56,464 bases of DNA from Candidatus Delongbacteria bacterium (GTDB taxonomy: Bacteria > JAGOEH01): contig JAGOEH010000001.1 in NCBI GenBank assembly GCA_017997825.1, positions 1 through 56,464 of the forward strand, in the 5' to 3' direction. Positions 48,501-56,354 of the stretch are shown here, piece after piece. The position numbers and the translations under genes are program-made. The notes under the pieces are model-generated. The model saw only the letters and a list, made by a program, of their open reading frames with translations. It ran no database searches and was not told the origin of the DNA. The first letter of the stretch is position 1. Every line of letters begins with the position of its first letter.

Positions 48501-48911
48501 ACTGGTGCTCATTTCTTCCGGAATATAGGCCGATACGCTCGGCGGACGAACCTGTTCCGGCAGGCGATCCATCAGGAAGGCGAGGTGTTCCTGTACCACA
48601 AATCGGATGTAATCGGGATTGGCTTTGGATTCCAGCTCCAGGCTGATCTGGGAATAGCCGGTATTGGAGAAAGAACTGATCTTGCGGATACCCGGAATGG
48701 TGCTGATTTCGCTTTCGATCTGTGAGGTGACGTCGTTTTCCACCACCTGGGGCGACATGCCGGGATAAATTGCGGTAACGGTGAGACGGGGATAATCGAC
48801 CGAGGGGGTGATCTCCTTGGGCATACGCAGGACCGCGAACACCCCGGCTACCGATAGAGCCAGGGCCAGGGTCCACACGGCCACCGGCCGGCGGATCAGG
48901 GATAATCGCAT
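45510..48911 (-). CDS. RND efflux permease (AcrB/HAE-type) with an extended cytoplasmic TM6-TM7 linker
   Basis: 12-TM / two-large-loop RND architecture with an N-terminal LIRRPVAVWTLALALSVAG. ATG 48911 has GGAGGA 9 nt upstream. The ORF-track TTG at 48920 is less likely. Confidence 0.9.
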   Translation of the reverse strand: MRLSLIRRPVAVWTLALALSVAGVFAVLRMPKEITPSVDYPRLTVTAIYPGMSPQVVENDVTSQIESEISTIPGIRKISSFSNTGYSQISLELESKANPDYIRFVVQEHLAFLMDRLPEQVRPPSVSAYIPEEMSTSQFMSYNILGSWNDAQLKEYAEKRLIPMLEGIPGVSNVEVVGGREHQILIALDQQSMKRFQLNENHIYSLIQDRVAEIHCGRLISQGQRRTVLISESARSLWDIRQLPLGMAGGRMLKLEDVATVTDTLSPAGSFIRINGRNSLLLILEREPNYNTIKVVDQVMEVVAALQSGLPEGMELRLEDDQSRVIRENIRTFAYRSVFSFLIIFLVLLMFLSHLSTAFQVQFSIIISALATLLLMFIFNYSLNLITLGGLALGFGILVDNSIVVAENIHRYRQQGLSPEEACSTGVGEIAMPVIASTMTTLAVLFPFLYLMEELKIYYLPFAVTVSLSLIFSLLISFLFIPTAVYQSLKKQTKSDSIPNRNSTISDERDQENGRPEDELPSDRATTQGGIQAGNRTELVAAALDSGEPIPPDHDTPRANRVSRGLQWLYTRIMTHVLRRPRLTILLAVWMFGLPVWLLPAGISSPTDLKRSPLKSSLILTYNRVMEFSWIKAIRPALNFGLGGSSYLFYRYVSRGEIWKWGEETYIEVMVILPPGSDIEEMDKVVRRIESTLAAEEGIKEYRARLNATYARMEVRFTPENQLTAIPYIIKEKLIIQATRIGNAVIRVNGYGDGFSSGGGGVSINNRLLLSGYNYRRLEELADNIKRALEVYPRVQNIRTDQTRRGYGWSTSQETSLRLNRAGMMQRQFTASDVIRGLRPYLTGSNYRQRIRLGSEEVPFVIQSHDYADFQFYQLDPLVIRNLYRRESRLGELADIRLLDVQPMIEREDQRYFKVVVFDYLAPGDYTQRFIKRFVPTVDLPPGYSLETLGWSFFDDEKKSSTWWVAGLALLLMYMVLAGLYESFSYPLMVFLIIPLSLIGVMMTFYLTDTTFNQSAYIGVILLLGIVVNNAIIFLDHIRLLRRRGGFDCLEDLLIRAGSDRLRPIIMTTLTTIAGLMPMIITGDKSRDDLWYTLSLTTIGGLTTSVALGLIVLPACVLWLEKRRASRAVHSVS

Positions 48912-48916
48912 CCCGA

Positions 48917-50146
48917 TCAATCCTCCACCGGTTTGGGAGTGACCGGGGTATCGTGGGCCAAGGCAAAATGCCCGTCTACGATCACCGATTCTCCTTCCTT
49001 CAGATCGAAGGTCGAGGAGACCACCTCGATCCAGTCGTCATTTTCCAGCCCGGTTTCCACATAGCACCAGAAGGCTTTGCCGTTGCGGACCGCGAACACC
49101 AGTTTGCGTTGGTCGCGTACCAGCACGGCGGCCCGGGGAACCAGCAGTTTGTCGCTATAGCGGCGCACGGCCATCCGGGCGGTGCCGTACATCCCGGATT
49201 TGAGCAGTCCCTCCGGATTCTCCAGCCTGGCCGTCACCTTGCAGGTACGGGTTGTCGGATCCACCAGCGGATTGACGCCGATGATCCGGGCCTTGAAATG
49301 GCGGTCGGCGAATGCCGGAAAATTCAGCTTGACCTCCCAGCCCGGCTTGATATGGCCGATATCGGTTTCCAGGGCTTCCAGCTTGATGTCGAGCCGACTG
49401 AGATCCACCAGGCTGAACAGGGTCTGGCCGGCGGTTACCGTTTCTCCGGTATGAATGTCGCAATTTCCGATCACCCCGTTGAAGGGGGCCTTGATCAGGC
49501 AGTGTTCCGCATCCAGCGACGCCAGCTCGTACTGGGCTTCGGCCGATGCCAGGCCGCTTTGCTGGGCCAAAGCTTCCTCCTGCTTGGTTCCGGCCATGAT
49601 CCCGGCCGACATTCGGTCGCGTTTGGCAGCCAGCCATTCCGATTCGGTGATCCGCCCGGCTTGGTAATCGATTTCGGCCTGCCGGTATCGGGTCTCGGAC
49701 TCAGGCGGTACCTGAGCGTTATGATTACCGTTGCCGGCATCGCGCTTGAGCAGACTGTATTCGATCTGGGCCCGGACCAGGTTGCTTTCGCACTGCTTGA
49801 GTGTCGCCAGGTAACGGCGATTATCCAGTCGGATAACGATCCGGCCTGCCGAAACCTCATCCCCGTTATGGGCGCATACCTCGATCACCTCACCCCCGAC
49901 CTGGGCCTTGACCTCAGCCTGGTTGACCGCTTCAGTCACCCCGCCGGCCTGCACATACTGAATCAGCTCGCCCCGGATCACCTTACGGACCGGGAGTTCC
50001 AACGGCTTGACCGAGACCTCCTCCAGCTTGATCAGGGATTTCCCCAAATCGTTGGTTTGTCCGGAATGAGTGAACCGGTAATACAGCGCGGCCAGGATGA
50101 TCAGTACCGCGATAATCAGTCCGAAACGGGTCAGTAAGGCTTTCAT
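48917..50146 (-). CDS. RND efflux periplasmic adaptor (membrane fusion protein)
   Basis: N-terminal anchor, coiled-coil hairpin region, and beta-barrel / lipoyl-like segments typical of the HlyD/AcrA family. Abuts permease genes on both sides. Confidence 0.9.
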   Translation of the reverse strand: MKALLTRFGLIIAVLIILAALYYRFTHSGQTNDLGKSLIKLEEVSVKPLELPVRKVIRGELIQYVQAGGVTEAVNQAEVKAQVGGEVIEVCAHNGDEVSAGRIVIRLDNRRYLATLKQCESNLVRAQIEYSLLKRDAGNGNHNAQVPPESETRYRQAEIDYQAGRITESEWLAAKRDRMSAGIMAGTKQEEALAQQSGLASAEAQYELASLDAEHCLIKAPFNGVIGNCDIHTGETVTAGQTLFSLVDLSRLDIKLEALETDIGHIKPGWEVKLNFPAFADRHFKARIIGVNPLVDPTTRTCKVTARLENPEGLLKSGMYGTARMAVRRYSDKLLVPRAAVLVRDQRKLVFAVRNGKAFWCYVETGLENDDWIEVVSSTFDLKEGESVIVDGHFALAHDTPVTPKPVED

Positions 50147-53100
50147 TTATCTTTCTCCGCTAAAAAGTTCATAAAAGACCGGAATCAGAATCAGGGTCAA
50201 TATAGTGCCGGTGGTCAGTCCGCCGATGATGACCAGTGACAGGGACACCTGGAGTTCGGCTCCGTTGCCCCGGGAAAAGACCATCGGGATCACGCCCAGA
50301 ATGGTGGTCAGGGTGGTGATCACGATCGGGCGGAACCGTTTGCGGCTGGCGTCCAGGATCGCTTCCCGGACAGGCATGCCCTGCCGCCGGTTCTGGTTGA
50401 TGAAATCCACCTTGATGATATCGTCATTGATCACGATCCCGGACAGCACAATGAATCCGATCCCCGATATCACGTTCAGACTGGATCCGCACAGGGCCAG
50501 CAGCCAGACGGCGCCGATCAGCCCGTACGGCACCGACAGCATGATCAGGAAGGGATACTTGAGGGATTCGAATTGGGCGGCCAGGATCAGGAATATCAGT
50601 ACAATGGACAGTATAAAAGCCCAGCGCAGGGACCGGAACGAGGACTGGATCTCTTCCTGTTCTCCTCCCGGAACGATCCGGATGGTGGACGGAAGCTGGA
50701 TTCGATCGGTGATCCGTTTGACATCGGCCATGATGCGGTTGCGGGATACCTGGCTGATGTTGGCCAGTACCTGGACGGTTTCCTGCTGGCGCCGGCGCAG
50801 GATGTGTTCCGGAGCGCGAACGATACGGGACTGAGTGATTTCGCTGACCGGAACGGCCCGGCCGCCGACGTTCAGTAACCGTCGATAGATATCCTCCCAA
50901 CTGTCACGATAATCGGGAGAGGGGCGGACCAGGATATCGATCGATTTCTCCTGTTCCTTGATCCGGGTGGCCACCAGACCGTCGGTCTGGGATTTCAGGG
51001 CCCGGGTCAGATCATTCAGGGTGACGCCATAGATGGCGGCCCGGGTGCGGTCCAGTTTGATCTGATACTGCATCACTCCCGGCTGCCAGGAAAGATGGAC
51101 ATCCTTGAGACCGTTTACCGATCGGAGCTGTTCCTTGAGCTGTTCGGCCACACTCCGTAACTGTTCCGACGGATATCCCCGGACATCCAGCTGCAGGTCG
51201 CTGCCGCCGGCGCCCAATAGCTCGGTAAATGTCAGGTCTCCGCTTTCAAAGTAGCTGCGATAACTGTAAGCCTTGGGTAATGATTCCCGCATCCGGTTCA
51301 GCAGGTCGGTGTCGGAAAGGGTGGAGCCGGATTGGCGCCGGATCATCAGCAACACCTGGTGTTCGCCCACAATTTCGTCGCTCTGGAATACGCTTTCCAG
51401 GGGCCCGACCCGGCTGAACACGCTTTCGATATCCGGGATCTGTAAGAGATTGGATTCGACGGCATGGACCACCTCAGCGGTCTGATACAGGGTGGCATCT
51501 ACCGGCAGCTCGATGGTCAGGCGGTATTCGGTCTGCTGAAGAGGAGGCATCAGCCGCCGTTCCAGCCGGACAGCTGCCAAAGCGGTCAACAGCAGACTCA
51601 GACCTAAGCCCAGCAATACGGTTTTCTTGTGGGCCAGGGCATATAATAAAAAATGATGATAATGATCGTAAATCGTGTCATAACCGCGATTGAATCCCTG
51701 GAATACCGGCCGGGTCAGTCCCTGCCACAGGGGCAGGGTCCGGCGGCTGATCCATCCTCCCCATCGACCCAGGATAGACAGTAATCGTGAGGAAAGGCGG
51801 GATTTGCCGGGACGGCGGTCGGAGCGATAGGTCAATCGGATCGGTAAAGATTCCATCCGGAGGTTGTCGCGTCCCCTGAACCGGCTGATCAGTACCGGTA
51901 ACAATAGTAGACTAGTAATGATGGAAGCCAGCAGGGAGAAGGAGAGGGTCAGCGAGTAATCACGGAACAATCGCCCGGCCACACCCTGTACATAAATGAT
52001 CGGCAGGAACACGGCACAGGTGGTGAAGGTGGAGGCCAGCACCGGCAGAGCCACTTCTGAGGCTCCTCGGTGGCAGGACTCTATCGGCTCCATCCCTTCT
52101 TCTCTCAGACGGAATATGTTTTCCAACACCACGATCGAATTGTCAACCATCATCCCGATTCCCAGGGCCAGTCCTCCCATCGACATCATATTGAGCTGGA
52201 TCCCGCTGAAATGCATGATGATGAAGGTACTGATAATGGATACCGGCATCGAGATTCCGATGGTGAGGGGATGGGTGATGTTCTGCAGGAACAGGATCAG
52301 ACAGACGAATGCCAGCAGGGCGCCCCAGATCAGGTTGGAAAAGAGGTTATCGATACTGCTCTGGATATATTCGGATTGCTCGCTGACGATTTGGAAGCGG
52401 AGGGTCGGCATTTCGGCCGTCATCCGGTCCAGTTCGGTCCGGACCTGGTTGCAGACGGCTACGGTATTGGAACCGGATTCCTTGGTGATGAAGAGTCCCA
52501 GCATCTCATTCCCATTGAATCGGGTGATCGAACGGCGTTCTTCGGGCACGTAATCCACCCGGGCGATATCGCCCAGTCGGACCGGATGATCGCGGCCGGA
52601 AAGGATCAGCCCGGTTTGCTTGATTTCCTCCAGGGTGCGGTATTCGCCATCGATATAGAGGGAGTGGCGATACCGGCCGTGGCGGATGGTGCCGCCGCCC
52701 TGGGCCAGGTTATTCAGGCTCAGGCTGGAGGTGATCTGATCCAGGGTGATATTCTGGACCAGCAGTTTTTGAGGATCGACTTCCACCAGGATTTCGCGTT
52801 CCAGACCACCGACGGTTTCCACCATCGCCACTCCCTGGAGCTGTTCCAGCCGACGACGGATCAGGTTGCGGCATACCTCGGTCAGTTGGTGGATATCCGC
52901 CCCGCCGACTGCGATATGCATCACCGGCTTGGCCGATGGATCAATATGCAGGATCTGGGGGCGTTCGGCCTCGTCGGGCAGATAATAACGCACCTCATCC
53001 AGTTTCTCGCGGACCGATAGGGAGGCGTAATCCATGTCGGTACCCCAGAAGAATTCCAGGTTGATCAGGCTCAGGCCTTGGCGGGTCACACTGGTCACCT

Positions 53101-53335
53101 TTTTCATGCCCCGGATATTGCCTACCGCCTCTTCGATCGGCCGAGTTACCAGGTTAACCATCTGTTCCGGAGGAGTATCAGCATATTGGACCCGGACCAT
53201 CAGCCTGGGGTAATCCAGATGAGGGAACAGATCGATGGCCAATTGACGAAGTGAGATGATTCCCAGCAGGATAACGGCAATGAAGAACATGCAGGTGGCC
53301 ACCGGCCGTTTGACTGCTATCTGCGATAATGACAT
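50147..53335 (-). CDS. RND efflux permease (AcrB/HAE-type)
   Basis: MSLSQIAVKRPVATCMFFIAVILLGI start and 12-TM RND architecture. GGAGGG lies 2 nt before the ATG. Confidence 0.9.
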   Translation of the reverse strand: MSLSQIAVKRPVATCMFFIAVILLGIISLRQLAIDLFPHLDYPRLMVRVQYADTPPEQMVNLVTRPIEEAVGNIRGMKKVTSVTRQGLSLINLEFFWGTDMDYASLSVREKLDEVRYYLPDEAERPQILHIDPSAKPVMHIAVGGADIHQLTEVCRNLIRRRLEQLQGVAMVETVGGLEREILVEVDPQKLLVQNITLDQITSSLSLNNLAQGGGTIRHGRYRHSLYIDGEYRTLEEIKQTGLILSGRDHPVRLGDIARVDYVPEERRSITRFNGNEMLGLFITKESGSNTVAVCNQVRTELDRMTAEMPTLRFQIVSEQSEYIQSSIDNLFSNLIWGALLAFVCLILFLQNITHPLTIGISMPVSIISTFIIMHFSGIQLNMMSMGGLALGIGMMVDNSIVVLENIFRLREEGMEPIESCHRGASEVALPVLASTFTTCAVFLPIIYVQGVAGRLFRDYSLTLSFSLLASIITSLLLLPVLISRFRGRDNLRMESLPIRLTYRSDRRPGKSRLSSRLLSILGRWGGWISRRTLPLWQGLTRPVFQGFNRGYDTIYDHYHHFLLYALAHKKTVLLGLGLSLLLTALAAVRLERRLMPPLQQTEYRLTIELPVDATLYQTAEVVHAVESNLLQIPDIESVFSRVGPLESVFQSDEIVGEHQVLLMIRRQSGSTLSDTDLLNRMRESLPKAYSYRSYFESGDLTFTELLGAGGSDLQLDVRGYPSEQLRSVAEQLKEQLRSVNGLKDVHLSWQPGVMQYQIKLDRTRAAIYGVTLNDLTRALKSQTDGLVATRIKEQEKSIDILVRPSPDYRDSWEDIYRRLLNVGGRAVPVSEITQSRIVRAPEHILRRRQQETVQVLANISQVSRNRIMADVKRITDRIQLPSTIRIVPGGEQEEIQSSFRSLRWAFILSIVLIFLILAAQFESLKYPFLIMLSVPYGLIGAVWLLALCGSSLNVISGIGFIVLSGIVINDDIIKVDFINQNRRQGMPVREAILDASRKRFRPIVITTLTTILGVIPMVFSRGNGAELQVSLSLVIIGGLTTGTILTLILIPVFYELFSGER

Positions 53336-53413
53336 ATCCCTCCGATTCCGCCCGGATACCGCTCCCGGTCATGATGATTGATGCTGGTGGTATGATTTGC
53401 GGTTCTGATAAGC

Positions 53414-53448
53414 ATTATATGAATAGGCAATTTCCCGTCATTTGTCAA
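53414..53448 (-). promoter_or_regulatory. candidate promoter region of the RND operon
   Basis: The minus strand reads TTGACA-17-TATTCA, with an overlapping ATGACG-16-TATAAT alternative. Confidence 0.4.
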
Positions 53449-53474
53449 GGTGATTTATGGGTTAGTAAACTGCA

Positions 53475-54011
53475 TTATTTGATATAATAGGCTTTGATTG
53501 TATTCTCTTTCCTATCGATTCTCAATATGAGAGGTGTTCCATATTGCTCAATCACGGATTGAAAAACCATATCCTTATCGATCAGCAAATCGGATGATTC
53601 GATTTTAAACTTCTTGGTAATTCGAAGGATAAAATCGAAATTGTTCTCAAAGGCAATGATATAAGGTTTCTGATCAAATTGCTCCAGCTTCTTTCTGAGT
53701 TTTGATTCAAAGTTGCGGATGCAACTCATACAATCATTATGGGATAAAAGTAATATAGTTATCACATCTTCATCTATATCTTTTCCTGATAAAACGGTTT
53801 TATTGTTAAAGCTATAAAATGAGTGCTGCTCAATTGTTCTGATAATATAATAGCCACTTGTCTCATCAGTTTTAGTCATTTTCTGTGTTACGATATTCTT
53901 CATTAAGGTCAGTACTTTATATTCATAAAAAAAGTAAGTTAAATTTAACAGTGTAATTACTAATAAACTATAAAAACCTATTTTGAGTATGATTGACTTA
54001 TGAATTTTCAT
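53475..54011 (-). CDS. membrane-anchored thioredoxin-fold-like protein with CxxC (CMSC) motif
   Basis: N-terminal TM segment (ILKIGFYSLLVITLLNLTYFF). ITILLLSHNDCMSCIRNF fits a beta1-CxxC-alpha1 pattern, and GTPLILRID fits the cis-Pro loop of TlpA/ResA-like proteins. Very AT-rich gene. Confidence 0.5.
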   Translation of the reverse strand: MKIHKSIILKIGFYSLLVITLLNLTYFFYEYKVLTLMKNIVTQKMTKTDETSGYYIIRTIEQHSFYSFNNKTVLSGKDIDEDVITILLLSHNDCMSCIRNFESKLRKKLEQFDQKPYIIAFENNFDFILRITKKFKIESSDLLIDKDMVFQSVIEQYGTPLILRIDRKENTIKAYYIK

Positions 54012-54118
54012 AATTGTTCACTTTTTAGTTGTGTAAAATACTTTTTTGAAGTGACGCATTATTATCAATAACAGGAATTCTGATAATAATTACTAATAAA
54101 GCCATTGTTAGATATACA

Positions 54119-55243
54119 TTAATTAAGATTAAGTTTATAAAACATAATTGATGGATTTTGAAGAGAATCAGCACTATTATTCGGTAGTATTAAATTATGT
54201 TTAACTGCTATTGCAGAATTATCAAATGTATTTATAATGCGAAGATTATGGCTATTTAAGATTCTAGAGTAAATCCTATTGTTTTTAATGTCGATTAAGT
54301 CATAAAATCCACTATTGCCTTCATGAGCAATGATATTGCCTATTTTAACAGTTTTATTTGATAAAGCCTTCGGTGAATCAATATCTACAATTAGTATACT
54401 GTCATTGATTAAGAATATATCACGGATGCGATCATGATTAAATGCCTCCTTCCAATAATCCTCAGAAGAAATATTACTTGTACTAAGAAATTCATATTCA
54501 TAGTATTGATTAGTAAAATATCCCATTTTTACATCATTCATCCAGAAGCTGATTTTATACTCATCCGAACAGCAGAATAATGAATTTTTATTGGAGAATG
54601 TACAATAGTTTTGATAAAAAACTGCTTCATCAGTAATAGGTCTCTTTTTCAGAATATTTTCATCAGGCATCCATAATAAAGATAATGAATTGGTTTGAAC
54701 TGAATATTTTGCTAATACAGGAGAATTCTCTACAAAGTATTCATGGATTAAGAATAAATCCGGATCTGACCAATGAAACTTGGTAAATAGAAATTTTGTT
54801 TTTTTAGGGTCTATTTCACGGATAAAATGATTGTCAAATGTATAACAGTTGATTATATAATTTGGAAATACTAATACCATAATCATCGAATCGGTCAGAA
54901 CTGTCCATCCATTTCTCTCGATTTCTCCCGGCCCTCGGCCATGTTTTCCAATTTTATATAAAAATTTACCATTACGATCAAAGACTATTGGTAATGGATC
55001 TTGCTTGTCGATGATTATAATATAAGAATCATTTGCCATCACGTGTTTCACATCTGAAATTAAGCATTTGTTGTTACACTCCAGTTTGCAGCTATCTGCT
55101 ACTATGAAAAGATCTTTTCCATTGTTGAAACGCTCGATACTTTCCTCCTGCAACGAAATAAAGGATTCATTAGAGTGATTTTTACTTTTTCCGGAACATC
55201 CTATTAAAACAAATGCAATAGTAAGTATAATAATGCCTCGCAT
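54119..55243 (-). CDS. hypothetical lipoprotein, possibly a 6-bladed beta-propeller (BF3164-like)
   Basis: Lipobox VLIGCSG. FDRNGKFLYKIGKHGRGPGEI resembles the G.GPGE blade motif of that family as I remember it. No alignment was performed. Confidence 0.5.
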   Translation of the reverse strand: MRGIIILTIAFVLIGCSGKSKNHSNESFISLQEESIERFNNGKDLFIVADSCKLECNNKCLISDVKHVMANDSYIIIIDKQDPLPIVFDRNGKFLYKIGKHGRGPGEIERNGWTVLTDSMIMVLVFPNYIINCYTFDNHFIREIDPKKTKFLFTKFHWSDPDLFLIHEYFVENSPVLAKYSVQTNSLSLLWMPDENILKKRPITDEAVFYQNYCTFSNKNSLFCCSDEYKISFWMNDVKMGYFTNQYYEYEFLSTSNISSEDYWKEAFNHDRIRDIFLINDSILIVDIDSPKALSNKTVKIGNIIAHEGNSGFYDLIDIKNNRIYSRILNSHNLRIINTFDNSAIAVKHNLILPNNSADSLQNPSIMFYKLNLN

Positions 55244-55349
55244 AATTAATGCCTCTATGGTGTTAAGTGTTGATGAAAAAGTAATTTCTCTTTGATTACG
55301 AAATTAAACATAGTACTTAAAATGAATTGATACCACCTCAGTGTATTCT

Positions 55350-55398
55350 AAAAAAAGCTTATCGGTTAATTATCAATTGTGCTAATCAACCGATAAGC
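55350..55398 (-). terminator. strong rho-independent terminator after the small secreted-protein gene
   Basis: On the minus strand, an 11-bp perfect stem GCTTATCGGTT / AACCGATAAGC followed by T7. Confidence 0.85.
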
Positions 55399-55417
55399 AT
55401 AATAATAAGTACAATAT

Positions 55418-55729
55418 CTATCGGATAAAAGTATAAGTAATAATACAATTAGTTGGTACACACTGGATATTTGTTAGTGCCGACATTTCTCTACATTCGG
55501 TTTGTTTTCCTCTACGAACTATTTCTCTCATCCGGTTTAATTCCATATCATAAGCGGGTTCAATCAACTCACATTGAGTTTCGATAGCATGAAGGTGAGA
55601 CCAGCCTAATAATTCTTTAATTGGATCTATAATAGATGGTCCAATTGCATAAATGGGAACAACAGAAAGATTAATCATTATTATTGTGAAAAAAATGCAT
55701 ATTTTAGATTTTGATAATTTCGTTTTCAT
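55418..55729 (-). CDS. small secreted Cys-containing hypothetical protein
   Basis: The ATG at 55729 gives MKTKLSKSKICIFFTIIMINLSVVPIYA, a signal-peptide-like N-terminus. The mature part of about 75 aa has 4 Cys (QCE, ECR, QCV, NCI). It has its own terminator. Confidence 0.5.
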   Translation of the reverse strand: MKTKLSKSKICIFFTIIMINLSVVPIYAIGPSIIDPIKELLGWSHLHAIETQCELIEPAYDMELNRMREIVRRGKQTECREMSALTNIQCVPTNCIITYTFIR

Positions 55730-55947
55730 TGAATTTGGTCCTTTCAACTTAATAGAATTAAACAGATCATAAATTTAAGGCAATTTTGATATATAGAGTA
55801 TCTAAACATAACGAGTGAACTCCTTATAGAAGAATTTCATTTTCCAAACACGATTCATAACAAAAAGAACAATCAAGCCTGAGTTTTGGAGAATCTGATT
55901 GATATTTAAAAATAACTCTGAAATTTTTCTACTATGATATAATGTAA

Positions 55948-55981
55948 GGTATACTGGTATGCTGGTATGCTGGTATGCTGG
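55948..55981. repeat. tandem 8-nt repeat (GGTATRCT x4 plus GG)
   Basis: GGTATACT GGTATGCT GGTATGCT GGTATGCT GG, read directly from the sequence. Confidence 0.95.
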
Positions 55982-56110
55982 AAGGGGCGATCTTCTGATA
56001 ATGGGTGTGAGGATTCTGAGATTCCGGGAAAGCTTCATAACGCCTGCATTACTCCTTCTAAACGTCCATGCAGCTAACGTATACTCTCAATAATTTTATT
56101 CTGTAAAAGG

Positions 56111-56139
56111 AATATATATGCCAATAGTCCATTTGTCAA
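56111..56139 (-). promoter_or_regulatory. sigma70 promoter firing leftward into the AT-rich island
   Basis: The minus strand reads TTGACA (56139-56134), 17-nt spacer, TATATT (56116-56111). Confidence 0.5.
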
Positions 56140-56354
56140 GGTGTTTTTATATCAATCTATGAAAAATTAAAATTATTTCCGATTCCTATCACCTTATCTA
56201 TAATGGAAATAAATCAAAGTTAATTAGTATCTAAAAGAAACGAAGCAGGTAAATAATTACCTGTTCGAGTCTTAATTTCCAGTAATGATAGTAACGCTGT
56301 ACCAGAGCTCTCCTGTTTTGATCCAATTTATTTCCATTCACTACTGTCCAAGAC

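Noticed and set aside
48953-50137. 394-aa ORF antisense to almost the whole RND adaptor gene. Similar ORFs occur at 50205-50834 and 52070-53020 opposite the RND permease.
   Set aside because: The sense-strand genes have clear family architecture. The antisense products are Gly/Pro/Arg/Asp-rich with no motifs, as expected for stop-poor antisense frames in GC-rich DNA.
55948-55981. The tandem repeat was considered as a CRISPR-like or minisatellite array.
   Set aside because: The units are 8 nt long and contiguous with no spacers, so this is not a CRISPR array. It is kept only as a simple-sequence repeat.
53439-56143. An exact 14-nt direct repeat, CATTTGTCAAGGTG, at 53439-53452 and 56130-56143. 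It brackets most of the AT-rich island and was first considered as att-like insertion scars.
   Set aside because: On the minus strand both copies are the -35 region (CACCTTGACAAATG) of promoter-like elements, and TTGACAAAT recurs at other promoters in the window. Under a uniform model, a few exact 14-mer pairs are expected by chance in 56 kb. The AT-rich DNA also continues beyond the right-hand copy.
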